A DNA stretch of 60,380 nt, the filler included, from Bonamia ostreae (taxonomy: Eukaryota): the NCBI GenBank assembly GCA_040357525.1. It is 11 parts of 11 records of this genome, joined end to end, with 100 filler letters (N's around TTAATTAATTAA, not from the genome) between each part and the next. Parts side by side here need not be neighbours in the genome. Positions count along the whole stretch, not along the records: positions 33,160 to 38,552 come from JBDODL010000200.1; positions 38,653 to 44,045 come from JBDODL010000201.1; positions 44,146 to 49,517 come from JBDODL010000202.1; positions 49,618 to 54,952 come from JBDODL010000203.1; 7 more parts are not named here. One strand, 5' to 3'. Below are positions 37,106-50,934 of this stretch, one piece after another; the first letter of the stretch is position 1; every line of letters begins with the position of its first letter. The notes below the pieces were generated by a model, which saw only the letters and a program-made list of their open reading frames with translations, was not told the DNA's origin and made no database searches. The position numbers were made by a program, and so were the translations under genes.

Positions 37106-37317
37106 GAATATCAAATCTTATTGATATTAAATCTTATTGATATTAAACCTTTATTGATTTTAAAAATTGTACCTTGTATGTCTGGACGGTGAACGGTAGG
37201 CGGGTTCTTGATACGATGAACCGCAAATTCAAAATTAAAAAATCACAAAACGCCAAATCTCTAGTGCGCTTTAGTTAATTTTACACCGATAAATAAATTT
37301 AACAAACGCCACATTTA

Positions 37318-38232
37318 CTAATTGAGTCTATACCCTCTTCCTCTATTGAACCAAGAATCTCTAAAAACAGAAGATGGCGATTTACTAAAGAGCTTATAAA
37401 AAAATGATGGGCATCTCAGAATGTTCACCCCGTATACTTTCGGTACTATGTCTACCAAAAAGTGATAAATGTGGCCGATTCCTTTTTTAATTCGGAAATT
37501 TTTTGTAAGAAATAGAAAAAGCTCATTTTCATTCGAAAAAATAAAGTTAGAAAACCAATTCCCATAAAAGAATGAATTGGAGATTGTCCAGTTAAGATAT
37601 CCAAAAAAATGTACATGAACGGCAACTGCCAATTGGAGATAACGAACCCAAAAAGCGCTACTCGCGAAAAAGGCTCTTTTCTCGTTCGGATGTACAAAAT
37701 GGAACAAACCAAACTTTGACTTAAAAAATAGAGTCCCAAAAACGGGAACGAGAGAGCTATCGACTAATTTTTAAGTTTTATAAAAAAAACCAGGCAGATT
37801 GAAGCGCAAAAGAAAAGAACAAACAAATATTCAGGAACCCCGTTTTCTCCGTTAAAATAATTTAATTCAAGTGCCGACGAATGAGTATATCTGTTTAATG
37901 CAAAATTTTTAAATTAATTACAGAAACAAAGTTGTACTTAAATTTGTAAATTATTTGAACTGTTTTAGTTAACCAAAAAACAGTAAATAAATGTTAATCA
38001 ACCAGTTAAATCCAAATTTTCCGAAGAAGAAGAAATTTGTAATGATCCTCCAAAACTTTGTTTTAGAGAATGGTCAAACCTGGTAATTTTTGAAGACCAA
38101 ATCGTAATTCAAATAGATTTGTAACGGACTGATCAAATTTACAGAATCAGCAAAAGTGAATGCGAACACTGAAACCATATAAGTTTTTGTAATTGTTGGT
38201 ATTGATTTAAACCATTCTTGTGGTGAAGACAT
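37318..38232 (-). CDS. DER1: Derlin (DER1 family)
   Basis: WFKSIPTITK, YQ^FWRIITNFFFFG, LE..YF, LPF, GIGHIYHFL, C-terminal GRGYRL. Confidence 0.9.
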
Positions 38233-38652
38233 TTTTTAAAATTTAGTATTTTGTTTACAAAGCAAATCATATAACTTTTAAATCCTATTAAGTCATTTAT
38301 CGATCTTCTCTAAAGATTCTTTGAGACTTTTGAGCTTTTTTTCGTTTTTTCGTTGCTAACCCGAATTATTCATTATTTTGAAATCATTTGTATTTTTGTA
38401 AATAATATTTTAATGAATGTTTAAAAGTGGATTTGTTTTGCCAAAAATGTTTTGAAATTTAAAAAATTATTGTATTTATGTTAATAGTTTGTGATATTTT
38501 AAATTTTATCTAACACAGATGCCAGGCCAATTGGTTTTAATTTATTTTTTTGNNNNNNNNNNNNNNNNNNNNNNNNNNNNNNNNNNNNNNNNNNNNTTAA
38601 TTAATTAANNNNNNNNNNNNNNNNNNNNNNNNNNNNNNNNNNNNNNNNNNNN

Positions 38653-39884
38653 TAGTTTTCCAATTGGATTTTCTTAAATTTTTATTTTTTTCAAGATTGA
38701 TTAGATTTGATTAAATTTGTAAAAGAAACAAAAAATATTTAGTTTTTCTTGATTTGTCTTCGTTTGTAATATAAAATAATTTTGTCAGAATAGAGACTAA
38801 AAATTGGCTAAAGAACCAATACAAAAATATATTTAGCAATTTTGTTCTTATCTCAAAATCTGTTTTTGAAGAAGATAAATTTGGAAGCCATTTTATCGAA
38901 CTCAATTTTATTTTATTTGAAATTTCTGAAATCCTTATTTTGCCATCTTTTTTATTATAAAATTTTTTCCGTTTTAAATTTTATTTAAATAAAAACGCAA
39001 ATCCATTTTTATAAAAGACGAAACGGATTTCGTTAATTGGCGAAAATTTTTTTTGGAGCCCAAAAAATTTTTTGGGAAATTTCTAATTATTGGAAAATAA
39101 AAACTGTTTGATAATTCTGTAAATTAATCTTATAACAAATTTATGGCTAATTTTTAATTCTGTAGATTGGTTTTTATTAAAATTTAGCATTTGTTTTGCG
39201 ATTTTGCCGTAATTTATTTTTTTCGATTTTTCTTCAAATCGCTTTTTATAAAAATTTTGGAAATAATTTGCAAATTTTAACCTGATTAAATTTTTTTATG
39301 TGATTTAACCGTTTTTCGTTTTTAATAGAATCGATGAAAGAAGTAAATTTTGTTAATTTTTGAAAAACTGTTTTAAAGTACATTTTATCTCGTTCAATGA
39401 CAAGATTTTTCTTGTTTTTAGATTTAGTCGTTTTGCCAAATTCCAATTTCCCGGATAATTGCAAATAAAAAATCGATTTGTCGTTTTTTCCCAATTTTAA
39501 ATAAATATTGTTGTCCAGCAATAATTCTAAAAATTCCTTTTTCTGTTTTTATTAAATTTGAACTTTCATAAAAACAAATGTTAAATAAAAAACAAAAATA
39601 TCCAGAAAATAATCAAATTGCTTTATTTGGCAATTTTTCTGGAAAAAATTCCTTAAACGCGCAAACAAAATATTTTCGTCAAAATTTTTTTCTCCAAAAT
39701 TCTTGGGAACCAAAACAACAAAATCATCAAAACAGCCATTCAACAAGTCATTTTTATCTGACGATTTAATCGATTTTATATTAACTGAAGTTTTAAATTC
39801 TTCGTATTTTTTAGGATAAAGACGTTCAAAATGGTCGCCTAAAGTGCAAAACCTTTTGTTGCCAACAAAAATAGAGAAATCCAA
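38653..39884 (-). CDS. TERT: Telomerase reverse transcriptase, N-terminal TEN + TRBD (3'-partial; start unresolved)
   Basis: GQ-like IYLKL...YLQLSGKL; IERDKMYF; QFP-like VIRLIYRIIKQ^NFPKNFLGSKKNFRQL..SVSSFI; SSIKWL; T-motif FLYWFFSQFLVSILTKLFYITNEDKSRKTKYFL^KSNWK. Confidence 0.8.
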
Positions 39885-39988
39885 AATTGCGCTAAACCCG
39901 TAAACTAATAAAGTCGTTTTCTATATATACGAAAACCTAAGCTCGACGGGTTTTTAAAAAATAAAGTCTATCATATAAAAAAACAAAA

Positions 39989-40676
39989 ATGGTTTTATCT
40001 ATGATTATGCGCACAATAACGATCTTCGCAATTATAGCCAGAGCAGTGATTGCTACAATTTATTTCTCGTCAAGATACAGTTTGAACAATTTTGGCTGTT
40101 TTTATTAATTTTGAAAATTGCTCAATTTAAAAAAAAAGTAAATCTTTTATTTTACAAAAAGCTAAATTTTATATTTTTCAAAAAGCTAACTTTTAAAATT
40201 AGATGCATTCTTTAACGATGTCCTACTTAATGCGTATATTTATACGACATTGTTAGAAATATCAATGTTCTTGACAATGTTCTTTCCCATCGATCTCGTT
40301 CTTCGGTTCCTTCTCGCATTTTTATTGCCGCTAGCCATTTTAATGGCGAACATCGATCCAAGTTTTGAAAACTATTTAAAAAGTTATGTTCCTTCTAAAA
40401 TTGTGGGGGACGGACCATTCAAAAACTGACAGAACTTATACGTTAATACTTGTTCTCATCACAATTGGCATCATTGTCATTGGCATTATTTATGCTTTCT
40501 ATGGCGAAAAGGAAGCTAGTGTGGATTTGAGCGAGAAAACAGCTTCCTTCCCCGAAAGTTCCGAATCAGAAACTGAAACTAAAACTAAAACTGAAATTTC
40601 ACCTAAAAAGAAGAAACATCGGAGAAGAAAGCAAACGCAATCGCAAATCGAAAGTGGGTTCAGCAAAGTGAGTTGA
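39989..40676 (+). CDS. Hypothetical multi-pass membrane protein
   Basis: Three exons joined by GT-AG introns; several hydrophobic segments and a charged C-tail. Confidence 0.6.
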
Positions 40677-40878
40677 TTAAATCTTTGATATTATTAATTG
40701 CAATTTTTTTAATAAAAATGGCGAAAATTTTCAAACTTTCAAAACAAAAAATTGACCGTTGCAAGAATTCTTGCAACATTATTTTTAATGGTCAAATTTG
40801 AAAACAGATCTTCGAAAATTTACAAAAATTAAAAGAGACGGAAAATTGGTTTAGAACTGATCTTGAAAAATTGCAAAT

Positions 40879-43800
40879 TTACAAATAATCAATTCTTTTT
40901 GGTTGAAAATTGCATTTTTTGTGTTTAAGTCTCAACGCTCTTTTTTTAAATTCTTTTTTGTCCTCGAGAAAAATTTTTGTTTTCTTTAAACATTTGTGTT
41001 TTTCGATTTCTCTTAATTTTTCTCGGTTTTCGAGTTTTTGTTTCAGTTTTTCGATCCAATTTTGCTTCGAGTTTTGTTTTTTCGGCTGTTGTTTTTCTTC
41101 GTCTGTTGTTGTTTCAATAATTTTCTGTTTTTCATGTTTTACAATTTGGGCGTTCGAGTGAAAATACACAACACCATTTTCTGAATTTTGAGAATCTTTT
41201 AATCTGGATTTATATCTTTCGATTATTTTTTCTGTTTCGCATTTGTTTTCTGGCGAATATTCGAATATGTTCAATGCTCCGATCAGTTCTTCTTCTTTTT
41301 ACAAGTTTAATATTAAAACGTTTAAAATATCGTTTTTGCGAAGCTTCTGAATAGTAGCTGCCCGCCAATTGTTGTTTATCTATTTGTCTCTTGTACATCG
41401 CTTCTTCTACAGTGCCCACAGATATCAATCTATACACCAAAACGTCTTTCTTCTGGCCTATTCTGTAACATCTGTCCTGTGCTTGGAGGTCATGACCTGT
41501 TGATTTTTTGATATCAAACTTGGATTCCAGCTCAAATCAAAATTGATCACAACATTTGCTGAAGCCAAGTTCAGTCCAGTTCCTCCCGCTTTTGTCGATA
41601 TCAACAGAATCGATATCGTTGAATCTGTGTTGAACTTTCGAACTTTATCATATCTCTTTTTTGCAAAGATTTTTTTGGAATATCTTCCATTCAATAATCT
41701 CAAAAAGTTGTAAAAAAAAGTTTAATTTTGCACTAAATATAAAAAAGATATCAGAATATAAAAAAGATATTAGACATTACAAAAATAAAGAACAATAACA
41801 TTCTGCAAAACAATATTAACGAATTTGCATGTATTTATACTTTTGTATAAAAAGCTCAATGACAAGCATATAACAAAATTAACAAATCCGACAGATCTTT
41901 AATGCAAACAGATCTTTAATGCAACTTTAACGCATATTTTGGAGAACCAAAAAACTTTTTGCGAATCCAATTTGCCGTCAATTCGATCAAAATTGTGGCC
42001 TTCGCGCCTTAAAACGGACGAAAGAATGTCCAACATTTTCGTGCTTTGTTTTTGTTTAATTTACCTGTGACTAAACAGCAATACTTTGCTTTGATTTCTT
42101 ATCGACTTTTTTAAAATATTTTTGAGTTCCGACATTTTCCCACATTTTTCTTTCCTTAAATTTTTGAAAATTTTAACGATTCAATGTTTGTTTTGTAACC
42201 GATTTCTTTTAACAATTTTGCCGTCAACTTGTATATTTTTAAAAACGGTTCTCCCGATTTTCAAGAGATCGAGATGGTTTGCAATTTTTGCCAGAATATT
42301 GATACTTGGCAATATGAGACAATTCGGACACTTCTTGCAAGGATTCGTTTTCTCGTGTTTCTAAGATTTTCTGTAAAAACTTTTAATTTTATCAAATCAG
42401 ATTTTTCCATTTTTAAAGTTTCTGGTTCAACTTTCAGATTACTTTTAGCCATTCTTGCCAATTTTTTGATCTTATTTTTATACAAAAAAAAAAACCAGCT
42501 TAATTTCTGGAAGAGACAAGAAATTTTGGTAAACTGTTTTTTGTGTTTCCGTCATTTTGCAAAATAGCACTTTATCTTTTTTTACGGGAAGCTGGTCTTT
42601 TATGAGATTTTTCACTCTTCGCAAAAATATTTTTTTGGTACAATTTCTGAGCTCGTCAGTTCTGAATACTATCAGCATTAAAAACCTTTGATTCTTCAAA
42701 AAGTGTTCAAAACTTTGAGAATCAAATCGCGATCCTTTTCTTATCGGCTCAGAAAAATATCTTTTAAATCTGTTTTTATCCATTATTTCGCCTTTTTGTG
42801 GTTAAAAATGTTAAAAATTTTGATCAATTTTCGATTTTGTAAATAATCAACTTGGACAGCACAATTTGGCTAAAGCCCAAAATTCTTCTAAACTATTCTG
42901 GATTACAGTCCCCGAAAGACCGATTTTAACTTGCACACGCAAACTTTTGCAATATTTATAAAGTTTGTTTTTCGGATTTTTCACAATATGCACTTCGTCA
43001 AAGACGACAAAACTCCACTTTTTATAACAAATTTTTTTAAAAACGTTGATGGCGTCAATAAAATTAAAATTTGGAGATAAAAATTCGTAGGTTGTAACAA
43101 CGATATCAGTTAACCTCAAATTCAAAATATTTTTGATTTCAGTTTCTTTCTTTTTAATTAAATTGTTTAAAAACGGTTGAAGAAGAATGGAAAATGGTAA
43201 CTTTGAAATTACCCCATTTTTCATATTCTTCTTTCCATTGGAACAAAACCGATTTTGGACAGATTATTAAAATTGGAGATCTTTCAATTTTATAATTTAA
43301 ACTCATTTTTTATATTTTCGATACAACCAAATTTGTTTTTGTCCGGTTTGTTCAAAATTGCCATTGATAATCCAATTATTTGTATAGTTTTTCCCAAGCC
43401 CCTTTATTAATTATTAATTAAATATGAAGTTTTGACAGATTTTCAATAATTAAATTTATAAAAAATTGGATTTTCGACAGATTTGTAATAATAAAATTTC
43501 AATTAATTTTGGATAAAGTTTAATAACAACAATAAATCAAATTGCTGTATAGAAATAGTGTCTAAACAAAGATTTTTATTAAAAAAAATTTACAAAATTT
43601 TAATTTAAGCCATTGTTACAAATTTTAAAAAATTTAACATATCGTCTCCAAGAATACACCCCCGTTTGTTTGAATAACAATTATATAACCACTTTATTCC
43701 CTAAAATATTTAAAATCACGAAACTTCTTTTTGGTAATCTCTTAGTTTCTTTGACATTGAAGATGGTACAAAATGTTTTTCAGACAGTGTTAATACATTC

Positions 43801-44045
43801 TCATTCTTATTGTTTTCTTTCTTTTTCACTTTTCTCTGATTTTTGTTATCTTTTTAATCAATTTTTTCTCAAAATTTTTCAAATTAAATTTTGTTTGATA
43901 AAAATCAAATTGTTTTTTAAAGTTTTTCTGTAAGATTTAAAATTTAAATATAAAATTAACTATTTTTGGCAGTTTTTTCAATATCTTCCATTGCCAGTTT
44001 TATCTTATTTTCTGTAATCAAACATTTTTCCCTTTTAGAATCAAA
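40879..44045 (-). CDS. ERCC6L2: SNF2-family ATPase, ERCC6L2/RAD26L-like (5'-partial)
   Basis: GCILGDDM^GLGKT, DEVHIVKN, IGLSGTVIQN, FLRRVK..IKDQLP.KKD.V.FC, STKAGGTGLNL, QAQDRCYRIGQ, YKRQIDKQQL. Confidence 0.8.
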
Positions 44046-44145
44046 NNNNNNNNNNNNNNNNNNNNNNNNNNNNNNNNNNNNNNNNNNNNTTAATTAATTA
44101 ANNNNNNNNNNNNNNNNNNNNNNNNNNNNNNNNNNNNNNNNNNNN

Positions 44146-45591
44146 TACGCCAGTTCGAAGGCTCTTTTTTTCGAGTTTTTAGTAAAGTAAACAATAATTT
44201 CAAATCAAATTTCAAATCGATCAATTTTAAATCATTTTTTTGATCGATCGTTTTTAAAACAATTTTACGTCAAATCGATCAATTTTAAATCATTTTTTGA
44301 TCGATCGTTTTTAAAACAATTTTATTTCAAATCGATCAATTTTAAATCATTTTTTGATCAATCAATTTTATTTCAAATCGATCAATTTTAAATCAATTTT
44401 TTGATCGATCGTTTTTAAAACAATTTTACGTCAAATCGATCAATTTTATAACAATTTTATTTTAAATCGATCAATTTTAAATAATTTTTTGATCGATCAA
44501 TTTTATAACAATTTTATTTCAAATCGATCAATTATAAAATAATCTTCTATTAAAAAAACCGGAAACTTGATTTCTCTTATATTCCGAGGATTTTTGGGTA
44601 TATCGACAGCCGCCTCCCTCAACCTACTCGCCGCTTTAACTTCCATCTCTTCATTTTCATTTTCACGCAAAGCGATAAAAGTCAGATCGGTATAATCGTT
44701 CTCCATCACAACCTCTCCCGGAAAAGATTCGTTCAAGTGATTGACGATGGTCACCATTTTCTTTTTGTCCGCGGTCGTTAAGCAGTCCTTCACAGCATGG
44801 CCATTCGTCGCCACCATCACTGTTCCGTCCGACAAACGGAAACTGTAACCCGTCGAAGCTTTCTGCTGAAATTCCCCTTTTTGCCAAATGGGAGATCCGA
44901 CCGGTTTATCATAAAAATTGCACACGATCCGGACGATCATTTCACTCGGAGGAACGTAATCTTTTATTTCTGCGACAGAAACTGGTTCTTTTTGAGTGAG
45001 AGAAGGATCATTTTGTTTGGGAGCAGGATCATTTTGATTGGGAGCAGGAGAATCTGAATTGAGATCAACAACGACTTTTTGAGGAGGAGCATTGATAACT
45101 GAGGAAATTTTGTGAGGAGGAGCTACAACAGGAGCCTTCTTCATTTTGGGTTGGACAATTTTCTTTTCAAATTGTTGAAATTTGGTCGTTTTGGATGAAC
45201 TTTCATTTACAATTTTTCCAACGCGTTCTTTGGCCGACATTGTCAGATTTTGTTCTTTGGGCGAATAGTCGAGATTGTTCAGTTTTGGTCGCCCGGTAAT
45301 CGGTTTGTTTGAGAGTTTTAAGTTGATGTTCTTCTGCGAATTAACGAGATCGGTTTTTACGTTGATTTTGACGTTTTCGGTTTTTTGTGGTTCGAAGCCG
45401 TTATAATCAAAATTTTTTAAATAGTTGTTTTTTTGTGGTTCGGGAGCATTTTTAGGTTTAAAATCGTTTTGTTGTTTTTTAAGCTCTTCGGGGTTTTTTG
45501 ATTTCAAGTTTAAGGCTCTTTGGTTTTCCAAAACCTGGTTTTTTGAACCAGAAATATATTTGGAATTGGGGTCGTAATAATATAGCACCAT
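44146..45591 (-). CDS. Deg/HtrA-like trypsin serine protease, paralog 1 (3'-partial)
   Basis: STGYSF, ATNGHAV (His), ENDYTDLTFI (Asp); colinear with paralog 2; long N/K/P-rich N-terminal extension. Confidence 0.75.
44195..44535. repeat. GATC-rich minisatellite in the protease intron
   Basis: Repeated aaatcgatcaattttaaatcattttttgatcgatcgtttttaaaacaatttta units. Confidence 0.85.
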
Positions 45592-46123
45592 TTTTATAGC
45601 TTTTTTGATATAATAATTGTAACTGTTAAACCAATTTATTTTAACGATTTTGATATAATCGGTAATTGTTTTTTAGGGTTTTGGTTAAGCTTTTTTTTAT
45701 ATGTAGTTTGTTTAATGAAAGTGCAGATGTTTTATCGGTGTTTTTGATATATTTTTTGATCTAATGATTTTGTATAGAATAATATTCAAGCTTTAGAAAT
45801 TTTGTTTTTATAGTTGTTTGACATATAAAGCTATTGTGGCAAATTGGCTGATTTGATTTGACCAGCGATTTGCTAGTGACCATTTTATTCCAATAGCACT
45901 TCTGTCGTTGATTCAAAATAAAAATGGTTCACAAGATCAGTTTTATAATTTCTAAACGATNNNNNNNNNNTTCGAAAACGAAGCGTCGACATAACAACAA
46001 ATTTTTCTAAAAATGGTCAAATAGCTGAGACGACATATCTTCGAAAATGGAATGGAAAGTGAAGAGATTAAATCATTATCGACTATAAAATATTCATCAA
46101 TTTAATAAGACCATTTTTCGATT

Positions 46124-48319
46124 TTATTTGCTCGGTGAAACCATTGTTACATGATTATCTTTAAATTCCAGAGCTGCAACTTTCTTCTTGCAAATTGCAC
46201 ATGTAACAAATGTTTTGCTGATTTCGAATTCACACAAGTCTCCGTTACAAAGACAACGTTTTCTGCTCAAAAATTCAGAACATCTCAGCTGCAAAGTCAT
46301 TCCTGTTTCCAAAGCCATTTTAGCGTTTTCATCTTCAAATCTGTCTTCGTTTAAAACGATTAAATTTCCATTTGCGAATTTTATTCGTATAAATTTGCGT
46401 TTCTTGTTCTGAACGGGTTGTTTCAATGCGATCGCTGCTTCTGCCAAATTGCGAGGTTCAATGCCATTTATCTCTTTGATAATAGCGTTATGGTGTGGCA
46501 TATATTTGATCGCATTTGAGGTGTTGCCCGTTACGCGAAAAACTAACGCGGTTTCATTTTTGTATCTTTTCTTCCCCTCTACGAGCGCGTGGAGTTCGTC
46601 AACCGTAAAACTTTTTGTTTGAATGTCCTCCATAAACATTTCTAGCGACAATGGTCTTATTGTCTGCCCAAGTATGTCGATGTAGCTTTTATTATATGTT
46701 CATTGTTACCACAGCAATTTTACAAAATCAGCTTTGGGATAACTCTATTGACCAAAAACAGTTTATTGTTGCTAATACACAAAATAAAAACTCATTGTTA
46801 TCTTCATTGAAATACTTAGCCACAAGATCATTAGTAGAACCGCAACGATGTTTGATGTTGAATCTTTTCGTAATTCCCTTTTCTGTGCGCACTACAGTAA
46901 ATTCGAGATTCGGATTCATTTCAGTCAAAAGAATGCACAGCGCTCTAAAATCAAATGGAACTCGTTCAGTATTATCTTCGAAGGCATTGACGAGAACAAC
47001 ACCTCTTTCGTTCAATCCTAAACCTTCGACTTCGACAATTACGTCATCCGCCCTTAATTCTCGGCAATCTTTGACGACTCTCATTCCTTTTTCTTCCGGT
47101 TGCAAATGGTAGAATGAAGCTTCGTCCTCAGTTTCGACACCTTGTAAAGTCAGGTTGGTTTCAAGTTCGCCCATTCTTACGAAGGTGGACGTGTCGTTTC
47201 CTGAAAGATTGATATATCTGCAAATGCACACTTCTAAAACGACAAAGGGCTTTTTAAATTATTGATATTTTAAATTTCAAAGAAGACGCTTCTATAAAAA
47301 CGATGATAAAATAGTTAGATTCATATCCTTCGAAAACAATCCCGATAATTATCCCGTCTTCATCAAAAACTGGTCCACCACTGTTACCACTTGCCACAGC
47401 TATTTTCTAAAAAAATAAAACTGGCATCAATGCTAATAGTGATCCCAAAATAATCTTTGTGAACGTAAATGTTATCTGAAATCGATGTAATATTGCCATG
47501 TGTCACAGTCAGTTGTTTTTGACCGCAAGAGTAACCTTTTATTGTCACAGGCATCCCAATTTTCTTTATTTTGACAATGTCATTGTTGATTTTTGCAGAT
47601 TTGCAATTTTAATAAAAATTGACTGAGAATTTAATAAAAATCTTCAAAATTTTAAAGCAAATAACCGGAAACTTGATATCTCTAATCGACGGTATTCTTA
47701 ACGAATCGAGAGGAACCGCTACATCCTTTATTTTATTTAAAATCCTCAGAATACTTTTATCCTCCAAAGCAACCGGCCGAACGAATGCAATATCAATGTA
47801 ATCGTTTTCCATTACCACCTTCCCATCAAACTTCTCATCTTCATGCGTCATTACGGCAACTATTTTTTCTCCGTTATCTCTTGTTATGCAATCTTTTACT
47901 CCATGAGCATTCATAACAATAATCAATTCATGGTTTGGCAGTTTGACCGCAAATCCTGTTGATATTTTCTTTCCTTCGATCTTTTTTTCCCATACTTGGC
48001 CCTCTGGTGCTGTAACCAAAATAGGGCAGTCAACGCGTACTATTAAGTCGCTTGGCGGCATATAAGACTTTCTCATGACGCATTTTGTTGATTCTGTTTT
48101 TTTCGGAACATGTACATCGCTTTTTTCAATCAGTTTGTCAATAGGAGGTTTTAAGGCTGGAGCCTTGTTCATTTTGGTGTTTTTTAAGTGTTCATTTTTC
48201 TTTGAAATTGTGAAATCAGGTTGTTTGTTTTTTAAGTGTTCATTCTTTAATATTTTGTTGTCGTTTTCGCCATTTTGTGATCTAAATTTTGAGCTTGTAT
48301 TGTAAAAATAAGTGTGCAT
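46124..48319 (-). CDS. Deg/HtrA-like serine protease with PDZ-like region, paralog 2
   Basis: STGFAV, MNAHGV, DIAFV, GY..G...LTVTHG.I, IDA^TVASGNSGGPV, YFII^P, LRADDVIVEVEG, IKEING. Four introns. Confidence 0.85.
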
Positions 48320-48844
48320 TTTAATTATATTTTGGTTTGATTTTTTTAATATTATTTTCATATTATTTTTTTGCTTGTGGTTTATATAATGTTTAATCAA
48401 GATGTTTCATATAATTTTTAGTTAATTAAAGAATTAAAAGTATTTTATAAAATACCGGTTTGAAAATAGCGACATAAATAATTTGAACGTAAAAATTAAA
48501 CGCAAAATTATAAATCTAAAGAAGAACAAAAAAATTGAAAATTTAAATAATTTAAAAGATCTTCGAATTGAAGTCGTTTCCGTGAAGTGATGACGAAGAA
48601 TGAAATAGCAACTAAAAAAATATAATTTTTGCTTACTAAAAAATATAAAAGAGGCAACTTCGAATTTGTAAAAACAAAATGAAATTTTTCGCGAGTAAAA
48701 AAACCAAAATATTTCCAATAAAAAATTACAACAAAGAACTCGAAACATAAATTCGAAAATATAAAAAATAAAAAATAAAAAGAAAAAATCGAAAATAAAG
48801 TAAATTCGAAATCACAAAATTTTAAACAAATTTCATATACAATA

Positions 48845-49477
48845 ATGGATTTCAACAAATCAAATCCGAGTTATTATTGCCAATTGTACAATTCTACGTT
48901 GCAAGAATACGAAATCGAAAAGTCAAAATGCAAAAAACAAATAGAAATACGGACTAAACTTTCTAATAAAACAGAAATCGCTAGAAAAGAGCTTATTTCT
49001 GTCACATCTGACGTTTTAACACAATAAAATAATTAGCAGGAAATATTCAAATTAACTAGAGAATTCAAGTTGTCAAATAAAAAAAATGTTGAGCTCAAGA
49101 AACTCCGAGATAACAATAATAAACAGCTTAAAATCATTTTAGAAAACATTGAAAAACGCAAAAAAGAGATCGATTACACAACAAAAAAACTAGAATCGAT
49201 AAATTCTGAAATAGAATCGATTTTAGAAATTAATAAACAAAAAGTCTTTCAAATAACTGAGCTTAAAAAAGAATATTTAAAAACACAAAAATATGATTAT
49301 TTCAAAAAGCCGATTTTGGACATTGCAAAATGTAATTTGGATATATTGAAATTTATTGATCGAGCTATTGAAGAAAAAAAGATGAATGAAATGATAATAA
49401 AAGAATATTCGAATAAAAAAAGGCAAAATAAAATGGACTTTGTAAAAGCTTTTTACAATATTATTGCTGGTTTATAA
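48845..49477 (+). CDS. Hypothetical coiled-coil protein
   Basis: Two exons joined by a GTTTT...AG micro-intron; K/E-rich heptads. Confidence 0.55.
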
Positions 49478-49617
49478 TATTTAATGGCCAAAATTTCAAT
49501 TTAAACAAAATTATTTTNNNNNNNNNNNNNNNNNNNNNNNNNNNNNNNNNNNNNNNNNNNNTTAATTAATTAANNNNNNNNNNNNNNNNNNNNNNNNNNN
49601 NNNNNNNNNNNNNNNNN

Positions 49618-50858
49618 CTTCGAATTCACAGGTACAAAGGATCTGGCGTCGAAAACGATTTGTTCGACCAAATGGACGAAGTCGAGGAAAATGGTGAAAC
49701 AGAAATTTTTGAAAGATTTGATAGATTGTTGAATGACAAACCTTTTTTCGAAGAACAGATTAATGGCCGTTTGCAATTTTTTGACGATTTTTATTAAAAT
49801 GTTTGTTTATTTTATTATAAAATTATATTTTTTGCAGTTTTTTTTGAAGATTTTTATTAAAATTTTTTCAGAATTTTTATATTGTCCTTTTTTTAAGTTT
49901 TTTGCTGATTTTTATTAAGTTTCTGTTTTCATTCCTTTTGAAACTTTTTTAGTAAAATTTGCATTCTAAAAAAGTTTATTGTAAAATAAATTTAAAAAAA
50001 TAGAAAAAATCAGGAAGAAAAACCAATTTTTCACACTGGATTTCATGCGGAAATACATCGAATACGCCAAAACACAGTCCCATCCTGTCCTCTCCAAAGA
50101 AGCGACTGAAAAAATTTGCGCTGCTTATTGTCTTATCAGAAATAGAGAAGAAAACACAGTTTTTTTTTAAATTCGGTCGGAAAAAATAAAATTTAACAAC
50201 AAAAATCAGTCAAAAAAATGAAAAATTTTCAAAAAAAAACATTAAAGACACTTCCAATAACAGCGAGATACGTTGAAACAATGATACGCTTCGCAACAGC
50301 TCACGCAAAACTGCGCCTGAGCCAAATTGTCGAAGAAATCGACGTCGAAAAATCTCTGGAAATCCTTCTTTATTCGCTCGGCGGAGAAGCCGCGCTGAGC
50401 GCCAACGAAGAAAATGAAATGTCAGATAAAGAAAATGATGTTCAATCTACGCAAATCGAACCTGTCGATCCGGTCTCAAAAAAAAGCAAAAGCGCTTTAA
50501 AGAAAGCTCCAATGCGAAGAAAATTGAGTCACAAAAAAGACGAAAAAAAGTCGAAAAAATTGAAAAAAAGACAAAAAGTCGAAAGCGACGAAGAGAAAGA
50601 GAACAAACCGTCGGAAAGAATCGACGAAACACGAAAAAAGATTGTGATGACAGTGATTTCGAGATTGACGCGTCGATCGGGACTCGATATTACCGTAAGC
50701 GAGGTTTGTCTTGTTACATTACCATTTCAAAGGTGATGAACATTGTGAACAAACAGACGGAGAGGAAATTTGAGAAAAAGGAGTTTGATGAAATAATAAG
50801 ATCGTTGGAGGAATCGAATAAGATAATGGTCGCGGACAACATTATCCATCGAATTTGA
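49618..50858 (+). CDS. MCM3: MCM3, C-terminal part (5'-partial)
   Basis: LRIHRY, FMRKYIEYAK..HPVLS.EA, TLPITAR.VETMIRFATAHAKLRLS, C-terminal NKIMVADNIIHRI. Confidence 0.9.
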
Positions 50859-50934
50859 TTAAATTCTGTTGCTTCTGTTATTTTTGTATTTTAAGCGCGA
50901 CGATTTTGGTAACATAATTTTGTAAAACCGTGAA

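Noticed and set aside
37106-37160. 15-bp tandem repeat (atattaaatcttattg-like x3)
   Set aside because: An ordinary short AT-rich duplication with no evident function.
44195-44535. CRISPR-like array (also 13270-13693, 14350-14850, 28448-28592)
   Set aside because: No unique spacers, degenerate head-to-tail units, located within eukaryotic genes, and no cas genes.
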